64,000 bases of DNA from Octopus sinensis (taxonomy: Eukaryota), in contig NC_043000.1 of NCBI RefSeq assembly GCF_006345805.1, positions 128,960,001 to 129,024,000 on the forward strand. Direction: 5' to 3'. The notes beneath the pieces were generated by a model, which saw only the letters and a list, made by a program, of their open reading frames with translations, was not told the origin of the DNA and did no database searches. Positions 63,100-64,000 of this stretch are shown piece after piece; within the stretch, counting starts at the first letter, position 1, and each line of letters begins with the position of its first letter. Made by a program: the position numbers and the translations under genes.

Positions 63100-63483
63100 T
63101 TTTCCATTCTAGGCACAAGGTCCGAAATTTTGGGGGAAGGGGCCAGTCGATTATATCGACCCCAGAATGCAACTGGTAATTAATTTATCGAACCTGAAAA
63201 TATCAAAGGCAAAGCATTTGAACTCAGAACGTAAAGACAGACGAAATACCTATTTCTTTACTACCCACAAGGGGATAAACACAGAGGAGACAAACAAGGA
63301 CAGACAGACGGATTAAGTCGATTACATCGACCCCAGTGCGTAACTGGTACTTAATTTATCGACCCCGAAAGGATGAAAGGCAAAGTCGACCTCGGCGGAA
63401 TTTGAACTCAGAACGTAACGGCAGACGAAGTACCGCTAAGCATTTCACCCGGCGTGCTAACGTTTCTGCCAGCTCGCCACCTT
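63100..63483 (-). mobile_element. SINE family A dimer
   Basis: Junction GACGAAATAC|CTATTTCTTTACTA at ~63240-63262. Confidence 0.9.
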
Positions 63484-63529
63484 CACACACACATATATTG
63501 ACACAAGCGCAGACATGCGTTGGTGCAAG

Positions 63530-63890
63530 TAGTTATTTGCTTTGGGATAAACCTGCAAAATTTGCAATAATGCAATCCCGCATCACATAACTGGTACTTG
63601 TTCTTAGGGGCCTGAAATATAAAGTCAGTGAAATAAATGCTGGACACGTAACTAAAAATAAGTTTAGCACGTAGGCTAGCTTTAACTAGGTGCAGTGTAA
63701 TGTTTTCCATTTTTGGATAAGCAGAATCTAAACCGTATGGGTTTGGAAGTTGTAAATACAGCAAAGAGGGGTCACAACACGACAATGGGTGAAGGAGAGA
63801 GAGTTTTCTACTAGAGAGGTTGCTGTAGTTTACTGCCAACTACATAGCAGAACTATAGTCAAGAGACTTCAAACCGTGACCATCTATCTT
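63530..63890 (+). mobile_element. Decayed piggyBac-type transposase, continuation
   Basis: DKPAKFAI (consensus KPAKYGI) and GLEVV...GHNTTM..FSTREVA (G..VV...GRNITxDNFFTS); collinear with 62064-62450. Confidence 0.6.
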
Positions 63891-64000
63891 GATTGAAACG
63901 ACACATTGGATTATGTATTATTTAATGTATCCTACCACTTTTAAGATTGTAGGATGTGAATTGAGATAGATTTAGTTGATTTTTCTAGTAAGTCATGTGA

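Noticed and set aside
56976-63611. Phase-consistent five-exon minus-strand model (63553-63611, 62280-62352, 60038-60187, 57106-57154, 56976-57046) with a PHD-like CKFCRRTFHHFC across the first junction
   Set aside because: Every exon lies antisense to plus-strand piggyBac or hAT motifs, two splice sites were chosen to fit, and one intron is only 59 nt. Spliced RNA-seq reads would reopen it.

Overview
AT-rich animal genomic DNA dominated by microsatellites and transposable-element relics. The tRNA-headed SINE repertoire and (CATA)n/(AT)n/(AAT)n density suggest an octopus-like cephalopod; this is recalled pattern, not a database hit. I find no supportable intact host gene, tRNA, rRNA or CRISPR array, so this reads as intergenic DNA or a large intron. 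Most listed ORFs are microsatellite translations, SINE read-throughs or antisense shadows of decayed transposases. Recognisable elements: three tRNA-derived SINE families (one forming fixed dimers/trimers); LINE relics (RTE-like, CR1-like, Tx1/L1-like, R4/Dong-like); Penelope-like terminal-repeat fragments; hAT MITEs with exact 8-bp target-site duplications; and decayed Buster-type hAT, Ac-type hAT, piggyBac, Tc1 and mariner transposases. Best leads: hammerhead-ribozyme motifs (5017-5075, and a minimal pair in head-to-head repeats at 41522-42063), two 444-bp unclassified elements inside an (AAT)n array, a 70-bp-period diverged tandem array, and several long fold-back structures. None is shown to be a new system. 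All alignments were done by eye, and coordinates of decayed elements are approximate.
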